The notes beneath the pieces were generated by a model, which saw only the letters and a list, made by a program, of their open reading frames with translations, was not told the origin of the DNA and did not search any database. Positions 23,813 through 35,011 of a DNA stretch of 64,000 nucleotides are shown here, piece by piece. This stretch comes from Prochlorococcus marinus bv. HNLC1 (GTDB lineage Bacteria; Cyanobacteriota; Cyanobacteriia; PCC-6307; Cyanobiaceae). The stretch is from positions 1,308,002-1,372,001 of the forward strand of contig GL947594.1 of the NCBI GenBank assembly GCA_000218705.1, read 5' to 3'. Positions within the stretch are counted from its first letter, which is position 1. Each line of letters begins with the position of its first letter. The translations under genes and the position numbers were made by a program.

Positions 23813-26545
23813 CTAAATTAAATCATCTAATCTTTTAATCGCAGGATTAATCTGATTCTTATCAGATATTCTTAAGAGATCGTTAGATTCTGAGACAGGA
23901 AATCTATTGATAGCTTTCAAAGTTAATTTTGCATTGTTTTTAAGCTTACTGCTAAGGCTCCCACAATATTGGATCTGCGAAAGCACATCTATTGTTCTTC
24001 TAATAATTCTTACAACATCACCCTCATCCAAAGAAGTATTAAAAATTATTTCTTTCCATTTTTGGCCTCTCGCCCATTGAGAAACAATACCCGTTAAATC
24101 TTTTTCTAGATAAATAGGGAAATCTATAAAGTAATTGAATTGCTGTGAAGATAATAACTTCTTCAAACTTTCTAACTCATTAAAAACATCAAGCACTTTC
24201 GAAGATGGCTTGAAATTACACCACGAATCAGATCTTCTAACTTCTACTGATATAGATTGAATCACTGCTGCCAGATCTGGAGGTTCTAGATCATCTAAAT
24301 AACCACTTAATAAAACCAATCCAACCCATAGTTCATTCTCGGTTCTTAAAGACCCTATTGATTCCCCAATATCAGTAATATTTACATCTTCTAAACAGCC
24401 AAAATAATTTAATATTTTCATCAAATTTGTAAATTTTTCCCAATTATAATTTTCTTTCTTTTCTAACAATATTTTCTTTTCTTCAATCGCAATTTCTATC
24501 ATGCCAACTTTATTTCTAAGCTTTTTTAGTTTTTTTAAATCGCCTATTTCATGAAAAGGTTGCTTGATAATTTTCTTTTCTATATCGGAGATAGCTTCTT
24601 TTTGAGATACTACTTCTTTTGCTAAATCATATTTTGGGATAGTTAAATCATTTACTTGACTAAGTTCAAAAATCTTTCTAGCAAAAATCGATGAGAATTC
24701 ATCACCCCTTAAACTTTCACCAGAAAAATTCAAATTGGGTAAAATTAGTTTAGTTAGATCTAATACTTCTATATCGGGAAAAATATTTACAATAAAATCT
24801 GGTTTTATAAGAATGAACAAATTATCAATAGTCAAACAAAGAATATTTAAATTTTTATTAGATCTTAAAAACTTTTTACATATGACTGCTGGCACAATTT
24901 TTCTTTTAATTTGAGGAGCTTTTAAAGCAATTAAACTTCCATCAGCTAAGAATTTAATAGCTTTACTTATTTCTTCATATAAGTTTTGAGAAGCCTGTTT
25001 CTCTAAAATTTTTAATAATCTTTTTTCTTCTTTAAGACTACTTTTTAACTTTTCATAAGCATCAAAATCTTCCCAAGAAATCTTATCTGTAATTTTCTTT
25101 AAATTAATTAACTCTTCATTTAAAGAATTCAAATCACTATTTTCTTTTGAAGACTGGGAAATATGAACAAAACTTCCAAAACTTCGCTTAATAAGTTCTT
25201 GAGATTTAGAAAGAGTATAATGCTGCAGAAGATTGAGTACCATCCCATAACTTGGGGAGAATTGACTAATCAATGCATTTGGCTTACTCAAAGCAAGTGA
25301 ACTTGCTTCTTTAGCTCCTTCAAATCTATTTTGAACAGTTACTACATAACCCTGTGTATCTTTACCTCTCCTACCTGCTCTTCCAGACATTTGCAAAAAT
25401 TCACTACTAAAGAGTAAACGATGTCCATCCTCAGATCTTTTTGAAAGCGATGAGATTACAGTCGTTCTTGCTGGCATATTAATACCAGCAGCAAGTGTTT
25501 CAGTCGCAAAAACAACTTTTATAAGACCTTGCTGAAATAATTCCTCTACCAATTCTTTCCAAGCAGGAAGTAATCCAGCATGATGAGAAGCAATTCCTTT
25601 TTTAAGGGCTTCAAAATGAACATTATCCTTAATACCTTCTTGATTATGTTTTGAATATTGTTTTAACCTTTGAGAGATTAAATTAGCTTCTTTATAATTA
25701 ACTAAAGTTAAATGGTTTATATTCTCAAGTGCTCTATCACAACCTTTTCTGCTAAAAATAAAATAAATTGCAGGTAACATATTTTGATCAAATAGCTTCG
25801 AAATAACAAAAGATATAGAAGGTGACTTTGGTTGAACTAATCTGCCAACTTTAACTTTATTTTTTTGTCCTTTAGGCGATCTCCAAACTTTACAGTTAGG
25901 GTGAATTCCATTCTTTTTTTTATTTAAGAGAGGATGAAAACCTTTAGCACTACAAAAAATAAAATCTAAAGGTACCGGTCTTATATCACTATTAATTAGT
26001 TGAGTTGGTCCATGCACTTGATTAATCCAGCTTTTAAGTTGATTTGCATTTGCGATTGTCGCTGACAACGCGATAATTTGAGTCCTACTTGGACAATGTA
26101 TAATTGTTTCCTCCCATACTGTCCCCCTTTGAGGGTCATTCATATAATGGCATTCATCAAGTATTACTGATTCCAAATTAACTAGTGGATCATCAAAATC
26201 TTCAAACTCGCCATAAAGCATATTCCTAAATATCTCAGTTGTCATAACTAAGACTGGTGCCTCTCTATTTATACTCATATCTCCCGTGAGCAGACCAACT
26301 TTATTTTGGCCAAATTGAAGAGAAAAGTCTCTAAATTTCTGATTAGAAAGAGCCTTTAAAGGCGTGGTATAAAATACTCTACTTTTATGATTTAAAGCTC
26401 TATAAATCGCAAATTCGCCCAATATAGTTTTACCTGAACCAGTAGGCGCCGTTAAGACAATAGAGTTCCCACTATTAATTGCCTTAATTGCATCTAATTG
26501 AAATGTATCTAATGGAAATGGAAATATTTCCCCTAGATTATTCAA
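23813..26545 (-). CDS. Ski2/HelY-like DEAD/DEAH-box RNA helicase with DSHCT domain
   Basis: APTGSGKT, PLKALSNQK, DECH, SAT, ATETLAAGINMP, QMSGRAGRRG, DEGDVVR. Confidence 0.93.
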   Translation of the reverse strand: MNNLGEIFPFPLDTFQLDAIKAINSGNSIVLTAPTGSGKTILGEFAIYRALNHKSRVFYTTPLKALSNQKFRDFSLQFGQNKVGLLTGDMSINREAPVLVMTTEIFRNMLYGEFEDFDDPLVNLESVILDECHYMNDPQRGTVWEETIIHCPSRTQIIALSATIANANQLKSWINQVHGPTQLINSDIRPVPLDFIFCSAKGFHPLLNKKKNGIHPNCKVWRSPKGQKNKVKVGRLVQPKSPSISFVISKLFDQNMLPAIYFIFSRKGCDRALENINHLTLVNYKEANLISQRLKQYSKHNQEGIKDNVHFEALKKGIASHHAGLLPAWKELVEELFQQGLIKVVFATETLAAGINMPARTTVISSLSKRSEDGHRLLFSSEFLQMSGRAGRRGKDTQGYVVTVQNRFEGAKEASSLALSKPNALISQFSPSYGMVLNLLQHYTLSKSQELIKRSFGSFVHISQSSKENSDLNSLNEELINLKKITDKISWEDFDAYEKLKSSLKEEKRLLKILEKQASQNLYEEISKAIKFLADGSLIALKAPQIKRKIVPAVICKKFLRSNKNLNILCLTIDNLFILIKPDFIVNIFPDIEVLDLTKLILPNLNFSGESLRGDEFSSIFARKIFELSQVNDLTIPKYDLAKEVVSQKEAISDIEKKIIKQPFHEIGDLKKLKKLRNKVGMIEIAIEEKKILLEKKENYNWEKFTNLMKILNYFGCLEDVNITDIGESIGSLRTENELWVGLVLLSGYLDDLEPPDLAAVIQSISVEVRRSDSWCNFKPSSKVLDVFNELESLKKLLSSQQFNYFIDFPIYLEKDLTGIVSQWARGQKWKEIIFNTSLDEGDVVRIIRRTIDVLSQIQYCGSLSSKLKNNAKLTLKAINRFPVSESNDLLRISDKNQINPAIKRLDDLI

Positions 26546-26666
26546 AAATTCGTGTTGAGATGAATTTGAGTTAACTTCTTAAGATATGATCTATTTAGAT
26601 ATTAATAAATTCAATAATTAACTTGCAAACTTTGCTTATGAATGTAGATTTTTAAGCTATAAAACT

Positions 26667-27809
26667 ATGGACAAATTTCAAACTCCTAAAAATAGAATTA
26701 GAAAATTACGAGTACTATCTCTTGGGGATAAACCATATGAATTTAAAGTTTCGGGAGACAATATCAACACAACTCTTATAGATTTAAGCAGTAATGATTA
26801 TTTTGGATTAAGCCGAGATAAAGATGTTATTAATGCTGCTCATGAGGCAACTCTTATTGAAGGGTTAGGATCAGGTAGTTCTAGATTTATAAGTGGTTCT
26901 AGACCTATACATAAATCACTTGAAACTAATTTAGGTAAATGGTTAAATCAAGATTCTGTACTACTTTTCCCTAGCGGATATCAAGCAAACATAGCCGCCA
27001 TTCAAGCTTTGACAGATAAAAATAGTATCATAATTGCAGATAGATTAATACATAATTCTTTACTTGTTGGATCAAAAACATCTGGAGCTAAATTAATTAG
27101 ATTTCTCCACAATAATTTAAAAGATTTAGAAAATAAATTGTCAAAGTACTCCATAATTAATAATTCAATTCTTGTTGTTGTTGAATCTCTCTACAGTATG
27201 GAGGGTAGTATTGCTCCAATAGAAAAAATAACAAAACTGTGTAAAAAATATAATTGCAAATTATTAGTGGATGAAGCTCATGCTTTAGGAATCTTAGGAA
27301 ATAAAGGGAAAGGATTGAGTTATCCATTTCTTGATTCAATTAGCATGGTCAGTGGAACTTTTGGTAAAGCTTTTGGAAGCGGCGGTGCATTTCTAGCAAG
27401 CAATGAAAAAATAGGAGAAATGCTTATTCAATCGAGTAGTCCCTTTAGATATACAACAGCTTTATCTCCTTCTCTTGCTGCAGGGGCATTAAAATCTTTG
27501 CAGAAAATCAAAAAAAATCAATATTTAGGAACTGATTTACTAAAAATTTCAAAAAGATGGAAAAAAGAGATTGAGCATATTGGTAAATATGAAGTTATAG
27601 GAGATGCTCATATCCTTTCTTTAATTATCGGAGATGAAGATAAAACAATGATGATGCAAAAATTTCTTGAAGAGAAAGGCTTCTTAGCAGTAGGGATAAG
27701 ACCTCCTACAGTACCAGCAGGAAAATCTAGAATCAGGTTGACTATAAGGAGTTCTTTCAATACAAATATTTTAAAAAACTTTATTTCTGCATTAAAAGCC
27801 TACAAATGA
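26667..27809 (+). CDS. bioF: 8-amino-7-oxononanoate synthase
   Basis: SSNDYFGL, HNSL, DEAHALG, GTFGKAFG. Confidence 0.96.
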   Translation: MDKFQTPKNRIRKLRVLSLGDKPYEFKVSGDNINTTLIDLSSNDYFGLSRDKDVINAAHEATLIEGLGSGSSRFISGSRPIHKSLETNLGKWLNQDSVLLFPSGYQANIAAIQALTDKNSIIIADRLIHNSLLVGSKTSGAKLIRFLHNNLKDLENKLSKYSIINNSILVVVESLYSMEGSIAPIEKITKLCKKYNCKLLVDEAHALGILGNKGKGLSYPFLDSISMVSGTFGKAFGSGGAFLASNEKIGEMLIQSSSPFRYTTALSPSLAAGALKSLQKIKKNQYLGTDLLKISKRWKKEIEHIGKYEVIGDAHILSLIIGDEDKTMMMQKFLEEKGFLAVGIRPPTVPAGKSRIRLTIRSSFNTNILKNFISALKAYK

Positions 27810-28504
27810 ATCAAATCATTTCACAACACGGTTGGGGATTAGATCAAAGTCTCTGGAATAAGTTAAAAGAAGACTTTATTAGACAAAATTGGATTTGGCA
27901 AGATAATGATAGAGGTTATTATTCAGATTTCTGCGTTAAAGTTAAATGGATCAAAACTGATTCAGATAACAATAAGAAAGTTGCTTTATGTCATTCTCTA
28001 GGTATCCATTTAATTGAGAAAGAAATTCTCAAAGAAGCATCTCATATCGTATTAATTAATTCCTTCTTCAATTTCATACCCACAAATAATGAGAGCAATA
28101 TAACGATGAGAACTCTCAGAAGAATGGAAAAAAAAATTAACACTCTTGAAGTGCGCTTCATGTTAGAAGAATTTATTAGTAGATCATTTATGCCAAATCA
28201 AGTTGATATTAAATTTAAATCTATTTTTAATCTAAACTCAAAACAAATTAATTTAAAACGTTTATTAAAAGATTTTCAAAAGTTATATTTCCAACCAAGT
28301 ACATTTGATTTATTTTCTGAACATGCTGAAGTTTTAATAATTAAATCTAAAAATGATTTTATTCTCAAAGAATATGCTTCTAATGAATTTATTAATTTAT
28401 TAAATAATTCTCAAATAAATAAACCTAAATTAGTACAAATTGAAAACCAAGGGCACTTAATAGATAATAATTGTATTATAAAAATCCTCAAAGATTGGTT
28501 ATAG
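27806..28504 (+). CDS. bioK: Alpha/beta-hydrolase, probable pimeloyl-ACP methyl ester esterase (BioK type)
   Basis: HGWG oxyanion motif, CHSLG nucleophile elbow, C-terminal GH; lies between bioF and bioC. Confidence 0.7.
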   Translation: MNQIISQHGWGLDQSLWNKLKEDFIRQNWIWQDNDRGYYSDFCVKVKWIKTDSDNNKKVALCHSLGIHLIEKEILKEASHIVLINSFFNFIPTNNESNITMRTLRRMEKKINTLEVRFMLEEFISRSFMPNQVDIKFKSIFNLNSKQINLKRLLKDFQKLYFQPSTFDLFSEHAEVLIIKSKNDFILKEYASNEFINLLNNSQINKPKLVQIENQGHLIDNNCIIKILKDWL

Positions 28505-28513
28505 ATATTTTTT

Positions 28514-29273
28514 ATGATGACAAATAAATATTGGAATAAAAAAATAAATAATAATTTCAATAATGCTGCTCATTGTTATTCAAAATATTCCTTAGTTCAA
28601 AAATACTTTGCAAATAAGCTATTAATTATCATTAAAGAATTAGAACCTCAAATTGGAGAATGGATTGATTTAGGAGCGGGAACAGGTTATTTAGCTGATC
28701 TATTAGAAAAAAATTTTATGAATATAAACGTTATTAGAATTGACCTTAGTCCAAATATGCTTAAAGAAAATAAAAAAAATAGTCAGACCATATTATGGGA
28801 TTTAAATATTGATTTACCCCCTTATATAAATAATGCAAGTCTAATTATTTCTTCTTTCTGCTTTCATTGGTTGAATGAACCTGAGAAGAAGTTGAGAAAA
28901 TGGTATGACAGATTAGTCCCTGGAGGTTTTCTCATAGTTTTATTTCCCAATAATGAAAGTTTCCCAGAATGGAAAGATACATGTAAAAAAAACAATATAG
29001 AGTACAGTGGCCTTTCTTTGCCATGTACAAATACTTTAAAAAAGATTTGTAAAAGAAAATGAAATATTTCTAATAAAAGAATTTAGTTATAAGGAAACTT
29101 TTCCAAATATTTATAAACTTTTTAAGAGTATTATTAATGTAGGAGCTCATACTTCACAAAGTAAAAGAAAAACGGTTTCAGAATTAAAGTTAATGCAAAA
29201 GAAATGGCCCAAAGATCAATATGAGAAAGTAAATTTAACTTGGTCTATCAGCGTATTAATCCTAAAAAAATGA
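28514..29273 (+). CDS. bioC: Malonyl-ACP O-methyltransferase; one extra base in A4 run at 29051-29054
   Basis: DLGAGTG SAM motif, FCFHWL; shifted frame continues ENEIFL...KWPKD...LKK* and overlaps bioD ATG (ATGA). Confidence 0.88.
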
Positions 29274-29926
29274 AAATCACTAATAAAAATTTTCAATTTG
29301 TTGTATGCGGAACTGATACTGATGTTGGTAAAACATTAATTAGCTCATTTTTAGTTAGAGGACTCAATTGTTATTATTGGAAGCCGATACAAAGTGGAAT
29401 TGAAGGAGAGACAGATAGTCAATATGTAAAAAGAGTTAGCCAAATCAGTCAAAAAAAAATCTTAAAGGAAGCTTACATTTTCAATAATCCAGTATCACCT
29501 CATTGGGCTGCGGAAATTGATAAGGTAAAAATTATCAAATCAAATTTAAATTTACCAAATATCGATAAGTCTCTTTTAATTGAAACAGCTGGCGGGCTTA
29601 TGGTTCCTATAACAAGAGATTTTTTACAGATTGATCAAATCAAAATTTGGAACTTACCAGTAATACTTGTTTGCAGGAGCTCTCTTGGGACACTAAACCA
29701 CACACTCTTAAGTATTGAGGCCCTCAGAAAAAGAAATATTACTATTTTGGGTCTTATTATAAATGGCAAAAAACATTTAGATAATCCACAAACTTTAAAA
29801 CTTTTTAGTGGATTACCAATTATCGCTGAATTCCCTTTGATTAAAAATTTAAGTGTTGAAAATTTAGATTTATTATGGAAAGATCTTAAAATGGGAGAAA
29901 GACTAAATCAAATACTAAATAAGTAA
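29270..29926 (+). CDS. bioD: Dethiobiotin synthase (start at ATG 29270 rather than 29240)
   Basis: GTDTDVGKT, WKPIQSG, ETAGGLMVP, LGTLNHTLLS. Confidence 0.96.
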   Translation: MKITNKNFQFVVCGTDTDVGKTLISSFLVRGLNCYYWKPIQSGIEGETDSQYVKRVSQISQKKILKEAYIFNNPVSPHWAAEIDKVKIIKSNLNLPNIDKSLLIETAGGLMVPITRDFLQIDQIKIWNLPVILVCRSSLGTLNHTLLSIEALRKRNITILGLIINGKKHLDNPQTLKLFSGLPIIAEFPLIKNLSVENLDLLWKDLKMGERLNQILNK

Positions 29927-29935
29927 ATATTGATT

Positions 29936-31235
29936 ATGATTTATCATTCAAATTCATTTAATAATGATTGGCACCCTAATATTTGGCCTCCTTTTACTCA
30001 GATTCAAACAAACAAAGCTCAAATTGAAGTCAGCCATGGTAAAGATGCCTCTTTATTTACTGTAAATCCTGAGAAAGAACTTATCGATGGGATTAGTAGC
30101 TGGTGGGTTACTCTTCATGGGCATAGTAATGAATTCATAGCCAATGCAATATCAGATCAAGCCAAGACATTAGAACAAGTCATTTTTGCTGATTTCTTAC
30201 ATCCTCAGGCAAAAAAGCTAGCAGAAAGACTTAGCAGATTAACTAAATTAGAACGATTATTTTTTTCAGATAATGGATCAACTGCAGTTGAGGTAGCTCT
30301 TAAAATTGCTTATCAATGGTGGCAGAATAATGGTGAACGAAGAAATCAAATTATTGCTTTTGAAGGTGCCTTATCATGGAGATACTTTTGGTGCGATGGC
30401 TTTAGGGGAAAGAAATATATTTAATGAAAGTTTTGAGAAGTTAATGTTTCCTGTTAAAAGGGTGCCATGGCCCTCAACATGGATAGGAGATGAAGATGTT
30501 GAAAAGAAAGAAAAAGTTTCTATTGAAAAACTTTGTGAGCTCCTAAAACAGCCAACTGTAGCCGTTATTGCCGAGCCTATTTTGCAAGGTGCAGGTGGTA
30601 TGAATATGGTAAGACCAGCATTTATAAAAAAAGTCTCAGAATTAGTAAGTAATCATAATTCTCTTTTAATAGCAGATGAAGTAATGACTGGTTTTGGCAG
30701 AACTGGAAGTTTATTTGCTTTTCAACAAGCAAAGATCGAGCCAGATTTAATTGCAATCTCTAAAGGTTTAACTTCTGGTTTCTTACCCATGGGAATAACA
30801 CTCTCTAAAGATAAAATTTTTCAATCTTTTGTAAGTGATTCTCCCGAAAAAACATTTTGGCATGGGCACAGTTTTACTGCTAATCCACTTGGATGTGCAG
30901 CTGCAAATGCAAGTTTAGATCTCCTTGAAAATGAACCTAATAAATATCTTAAATTTGAAGAAAAACATTTATTTTTGATAAATAAATTAAATCATTTACC
31001 TTTTGTCAAAAAAGTAAGAATATGTGGAACTATCATAGCTTTCGATTTAGAAATAGGTGCTAATTCTGGATATCTAAATACGATTGGGAAAAAGATAAAA
31101 AAACTTGCCATTGAAAAAGGACTTTTTATTAGACCACTTGGAAATGTAATTTATTTACTACCTCCTTTATGCATCACAGATAATCAATTAGAAATAAGTT
31201 ATGAAATTATCCATGATATTCTTTTAACTTTATAA
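29936..31235 (+). CDS. bioA: DAPA aminotransferase; one extra base at 30371-30372
   Basis: SSWWVTLHGH, FSDNGSTAVEVALK, restored AYHGDTFG, DEVMTGFGRTG, SKGLT. Confidence 0.94.
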
Positions 31236-31353
31236 AGCATAAAAAATTTAAATCTTATTAAGTGATTTTGAAAATATTTATAAGAATTCAAAGGTTATTA
31301 ATTCGCATATTTTTATAAAGTAATTAATGAATTTATTAAGTTACTCAATAAAA

Positions 31354-31800
31354 CTATTTAATCAACCATATTGGCATAGAATTTATTTCTTTACCTGTAA
31401 AGTTTGCGAATAAAACAGCAAATAATAAGCATGCAAAAATAACAATTACTAATAGTAGTAATGAGAACATTTCTCCATTTGAAAAGGGTCTCCTATCACC
31501 AATAGAATTAGCTATTTTTGAATCTGCAGTATATGTATTAATAACCGGCTTAGTATATTTTTTTTTACTAGATGAGCCATTTTGAATTTTATTATCGTAA
31601 ATATTTCTTAAATAAGGATTATTTAAATTTTCGTAAGCTTCCATTACAGTTTGAAGCTTCACTTTAGCATCTTCTAAATTTAGGGAGGTAGTATCAGGAT
31701 GTAATTCTTTAGTTAATTTACAAAATGCCTTTCTTAATTCATGAGTTGAAGCTTTCTCATGAACCCCAAGAATCTTATAGTAATCTTTTTCTCCTTTCAA
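31354..31800 (-). CDS. J-domain protein with C-terminal TM helix
   Basis: DYYKILGV...LHPD; hydrophobic C-terminal helix. Confidence 0.88.
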   Translation of the reverse strand: MKGEKDYYKILGVHEKASTHELRKAFCKLTKELHPDTTSLNLEDAKVKLQTVMEAYENLNNPYLRNIYDNKIQNGSSSKKKYTKPVINTYTADSKIANSIGDRRPFSNGEMFSLLLLVIVIFACLLFAVLFANFTGKEINSMPIWLIK

Positions 31801-31879
31801 AATTATTTACTATCAATTACATTTTAATGTATTTGATTTAAAGTTAATGCTATATAAAAACATTAAATTAAAAATTTAA

Positions 31880-32602
31880 TTGAAAAATATGATGCAAATA
31901 ATACAATCTAAAGATCTTAATGAAATTCTTAGTAGCAATGAGATTCAATTATTTAAAAAATTACAGAAAATTATTAGCAATATTAATAAAAATACAAATT
32001 TAACCCGACTAGTTGAAGGAGACGATTATTGGATATCACAGGTATATGATAGTATTTGGCCATTTTATTTAAGTCCAAATAAAAAATTAGACGGTAAAAA
32101 ATTTATTGATATTGGTTCAGGATGTGGGTTCCCAGGATTGGCATATGCAATAACACATCCAAATTCAGAGGTTTATTTAGTTGATTCTTCTAGAAAAAAA
32201 ACAGATTCATTAAATCAAATTATTGAGGCTTTAGATTTTAATAATAAGATATTTGTAATAAACGACAGGATCGAAAACATTGCTCATAATGCTTCATATA
32301 GAAATAATTTTGATATTGGAACTACAAGGGCAGTTGGCTCTCCTTCCACAGTCGCAGAATACATATTGCCAATGCTAAATAGGAGTGGTCTTGGATTACT
32401 TTATTGTGGTAAGTGGGAAAAAAAAGATGAGGTTAAAATAAAGAATTCTTTAGAAATATTAAAAGGTTCTATTGCAGATATTAAGAAAACTCAACTTCCT
32501 AAATAAAAAGGAGACAGAAATATTATTTTTATCAAACCAGAGCAAAATTGCCCTGATTCTTATCCAAGAGGAATAGGTAAACCTGCAAAATATCCTTTAT
32601 AA
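31880..32602 (+). CDS. rsmG: 16S rRNA m7G527 methyltransferase; premature in-frame TAA at 32504-32506
   Basis: NLTR, DIGSGCGFPG, RIE, TRAV; the same frame continues KGDRNIIFIKP...YPRGIGKPAKYPL*. Confidence 0.92.
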
Positions 32603-32612
32603 ATTCATGTTG

Positions 32613-33812
32613 TTATGTTGTTGACAATCTAGCCTGTTCTCCTGCACCAAATTTTTTCTTTAAATGTCTGAGTTTTTTAATTACTTTTTTAGGATTATGA
32701 TGATTAATTAATGATTTATATAAATCATTTTCAGTTACACTTACATCCAAAGAATTTGAATTATTACCAGGGAACCAATGTCCGCCATTTCCTAACAATT
32801 GATATCTTGCTTTAGTAAAACTTTCTAAATCCCATGCTTCAAGCAAATTTGATAACCAAAGTAGGACTGGAATATTAATTTCTCCTGGAGTATTTTTCCA
32901 TGTTGGTAAATTCTTATCCCAATTTTGATACCAATCAACACCTAAAACTTTGATTGATTCTTGCGTCAATTTAGTCTCAATGGAAGAAACTAAATCATTT
33001 GATTTATGAAGCAGGGAAATCGCTTCTAAGTGATAATCAAAATCTGATTCTTTTGCGGCCCCGACACTCAGTGTGTGCACAGAATTATTACTCAAGCAAA
33101 ACAGATCATTAAAAACTATTGGATGGATAGGCTTACAAAGTTTATAAATTTTCTCTGAGGGTGTATGCAAATGTCCACCTTTATCCGTAGGGCTTATTAT
33201 AAAAACTCCTAAATCAAATTTTTCTGCTAATTTTATTGCTTTGATATTTATCTGATTTATGAAATACCAATGTAAATTAACAAAATCAAATTTATTTGAG
33301 GATATTGCTTCTTGAATCAGGCTTAATGACCCATGAGTAGAGAATCCAATATGGCCAATCATATTATCTTTTTGCCACTTTCTAAGAGCATCAACACATC
33401 CTCCTTCTCTTATAGCTTGCTGAAGATGTTCAAAAGTATTTATGCCATGAATAGCAAGAAGATCAATTTTTTTAATTCCTAGTTTTTGAAAACTCATTTT
33501 CAGTTCATCTTGAAATTTATTGACATCTTCGTTTGGAGGAATTTTGGTTTGAATAATTTTTGAATTTATATCCATATCCTTAAATGCAGAACCTAATTGC
33601 AATTCAGAAGTTCCGTAGTGTCTTGCTGTTTCAATATGATTTAAACCATATAAATCGGCCAATTCTAAAATCTTTATTACTTTATTTTGTTCCTCTTTCG
33701 ATATGTCGTTAAATTCTAATTGTTGCCAACTTTTTTGAAATCTCATTCCACCTAGAGATAACACAGGCATATCAATGTTTGTCCTGCCAAACCGACGATA
33801 TGGTAATACCAT
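32613..33812 (-). CDS. Aldo/keto reductase family protein
   Basis: RRFGRT, LSLGGMRF, ETARHYG, HIGFSTHG. Confidence 0.88.
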   Translation of the reverse strand: MVLPYRRFGRTNIDMPVLSLGGMRFQKSWQQLEFNDISKEEQNKVIKILELADLYGLNHIETARHYGTSELQLGSAFKDMDINSKIIQTKIPPNEDVNKFQDELKMSFQKLGIKKIDLLAIHGINTFEHLQQAIREGGCVDALRKWQKDNMIGHIGFSTHGSLSLIQEAISSNKFDFVNLHWYFINQINIKAIKLAEKFDLGVFIISPTDKGGHLHTPSEKIYKLCKPIHPIVFNDLFCLSNNSVHTLSVGAAKESDFDYHLEAISLLHKSNDLVSSIETKLTQESIKVLGVDWYQNWDKNLPTWKNTPGEINIPVLLWLSNLLEAWDLESFTKARYQLLGNGGHWFPGNNSNSLDVSVTENDLYKSLINHHNPKKVIKKLRHLKKKFGAGEQARLSTT

Positions 33813-33822
33813 TTAAAATTTT

Positions 33823-34296
33823 TTAGTGTTTATTTATCCTAGGTAATTTACCTAATGATTGAAACATATCCCTATTTAAACTAGCTTCTAATCTATCAAG
33901 ATCCTCAAAATCAACCCAATGCATACAGTCTACTGGACATGTATCCATTGCTTCTTGCACTACTTCAAGATTATCTCCATTCTGACGAATTACTCTTGCT
34001 CTCCCATAATCCTCGTCAACAAAAAATGTATTAGTAGCTACATGAACACAATACTGACAGCCAATACAAGCAGATTCATCAACCCAAACTGCTTTTTCAC
34101 GTAATTCTCCACCTAGAACAGGTTCGAATCCGGAAATATCATTAGACTCAATATATTCATGAAATGCAGCTAAATTATCATTATTAATGTCTTCAAGTGG
34201 ATCTAATTTAAAATCAGTTTTCACAAAAGATTCAAACGAAGAAGTATCTATAGTTTCTTCGAAAAAGTCGAACGCAGTAGAAGGATCAATATCCAA
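33823..34296 (-). CDS. Ferredoxin (single Fe-S cluster, Fer4_13-like) with acidic N-terminal extension
   Basis: VWVDESACIGCQYC ... CPVDC. Confidence 0.9.
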   Translation of the reverse strand: MDIDPSTAFDFFEETIDTSSFESFVKTDFKLDPLEDINNDNLAAFHEYIESNDISGFEPVLGGELREKAVWVDESACIGCQYCVHVATNTFFVDEDYGRARVIRQNGDNLEVVQEAMDTCPVDCMHWVDFEDLDRLEASLNRDMFQSLGKLPRINKH

Positions 34297-34299
34297 ATT

Positions 34300-34692
34300 T
34301 TATGCTTCCCATTTTGTTAGGACTAATTCTATGGAACCATCATTTTCATTCTTTTGTTCAACAATTTGATATCCATCCTTTTGTGTTTGGGAAATTATTG
34401 TTTGATATGCATACATTTGGGTAACTTTAGAAATAAATCTTTCAACGGGAAGATTATATTTCCAAAGATCTAAGTCAGTAACTAACTCATAAGAATTAGT
34501 TTTATTATCCCACTTAAAACCAACCTTTGTGTTTTCAGGTAAATCTAAACTGATATCAACCGCAGTAAATTTACCTTGGTAACCCTTTACAAATTTTTCA
34601 TCTTGGTTTGGATTATAACCTAAAATATCTAAAGCTTTTATTAGAGGCTCAGTCTCTTTAAGCTTAGTTTTAATAGTACTAAAATGTGACAT
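34300..34692 (-). CDS. ycf35: Ycf35 / DUF1257 family protein
   Basis: MSHFSTIKTKL, YELVTDLDLW, QMYAY. Confidence 0.9.
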   Translation of the reverse strand: MSHFSTIKTKLKETEPLIKALDILGYNPNQDEKFVKGYQGKFTAVDISLDLPENTKVGFKWDNKTNSYELVTDLDLWKYNLPVERFISKVTQMYAYQTIISQTQKDGYQIVEQKNENDGSIELVLTKWEA

Positions 34693-34894
34693 TAGATTCG
34701 TTTTTTAATTGATTGGAATTGTTGACCTGATTAATGACAAATGAGTCTGTTGTTAATTTCTTAGTTTTAACTTCTCCAAGAGCATCTTCTAAATTCTTAG
34801 TTGCATCATTGCAGGAATCACCTTCAAAACCTTCGACCGTTTCTTGGACTCGTCCATCTTGATAAATTTTAAATCTTAATGTTCTTTGAGGCAT
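34679..34894 (-). CDS. DUF2997 family protein
   Basis: LRFKIYQDGRVQETVEGFEGDSC...LEDALG; adjacent to ycf35. Confidence 0.88.
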   Translation of the reverse strand: MPQRTLRFKIYQDGRVQETVEGFEGDSCNDATKNLEDALGEVKTKKLTTDSFVINQVNNSNQLKNESNVTF

Positions 34895-35011
34895 TAGAGT
34901 AACACACTAAGTACTTATACTTTATATAAAATAACTAAAATTTTTGGTTTCAGTTGATAACGTAACTTTGTTTTCATTATTGGATATAAAATATTTCAAT
35001 ATCCAAATAAA

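Noticed and set aside
29240-29269. Longer bioD start given by the ORF track
   Set aside because: Overlaps the repaired bioC 3' end; ATG 29270 forms the typical ATGA overlap
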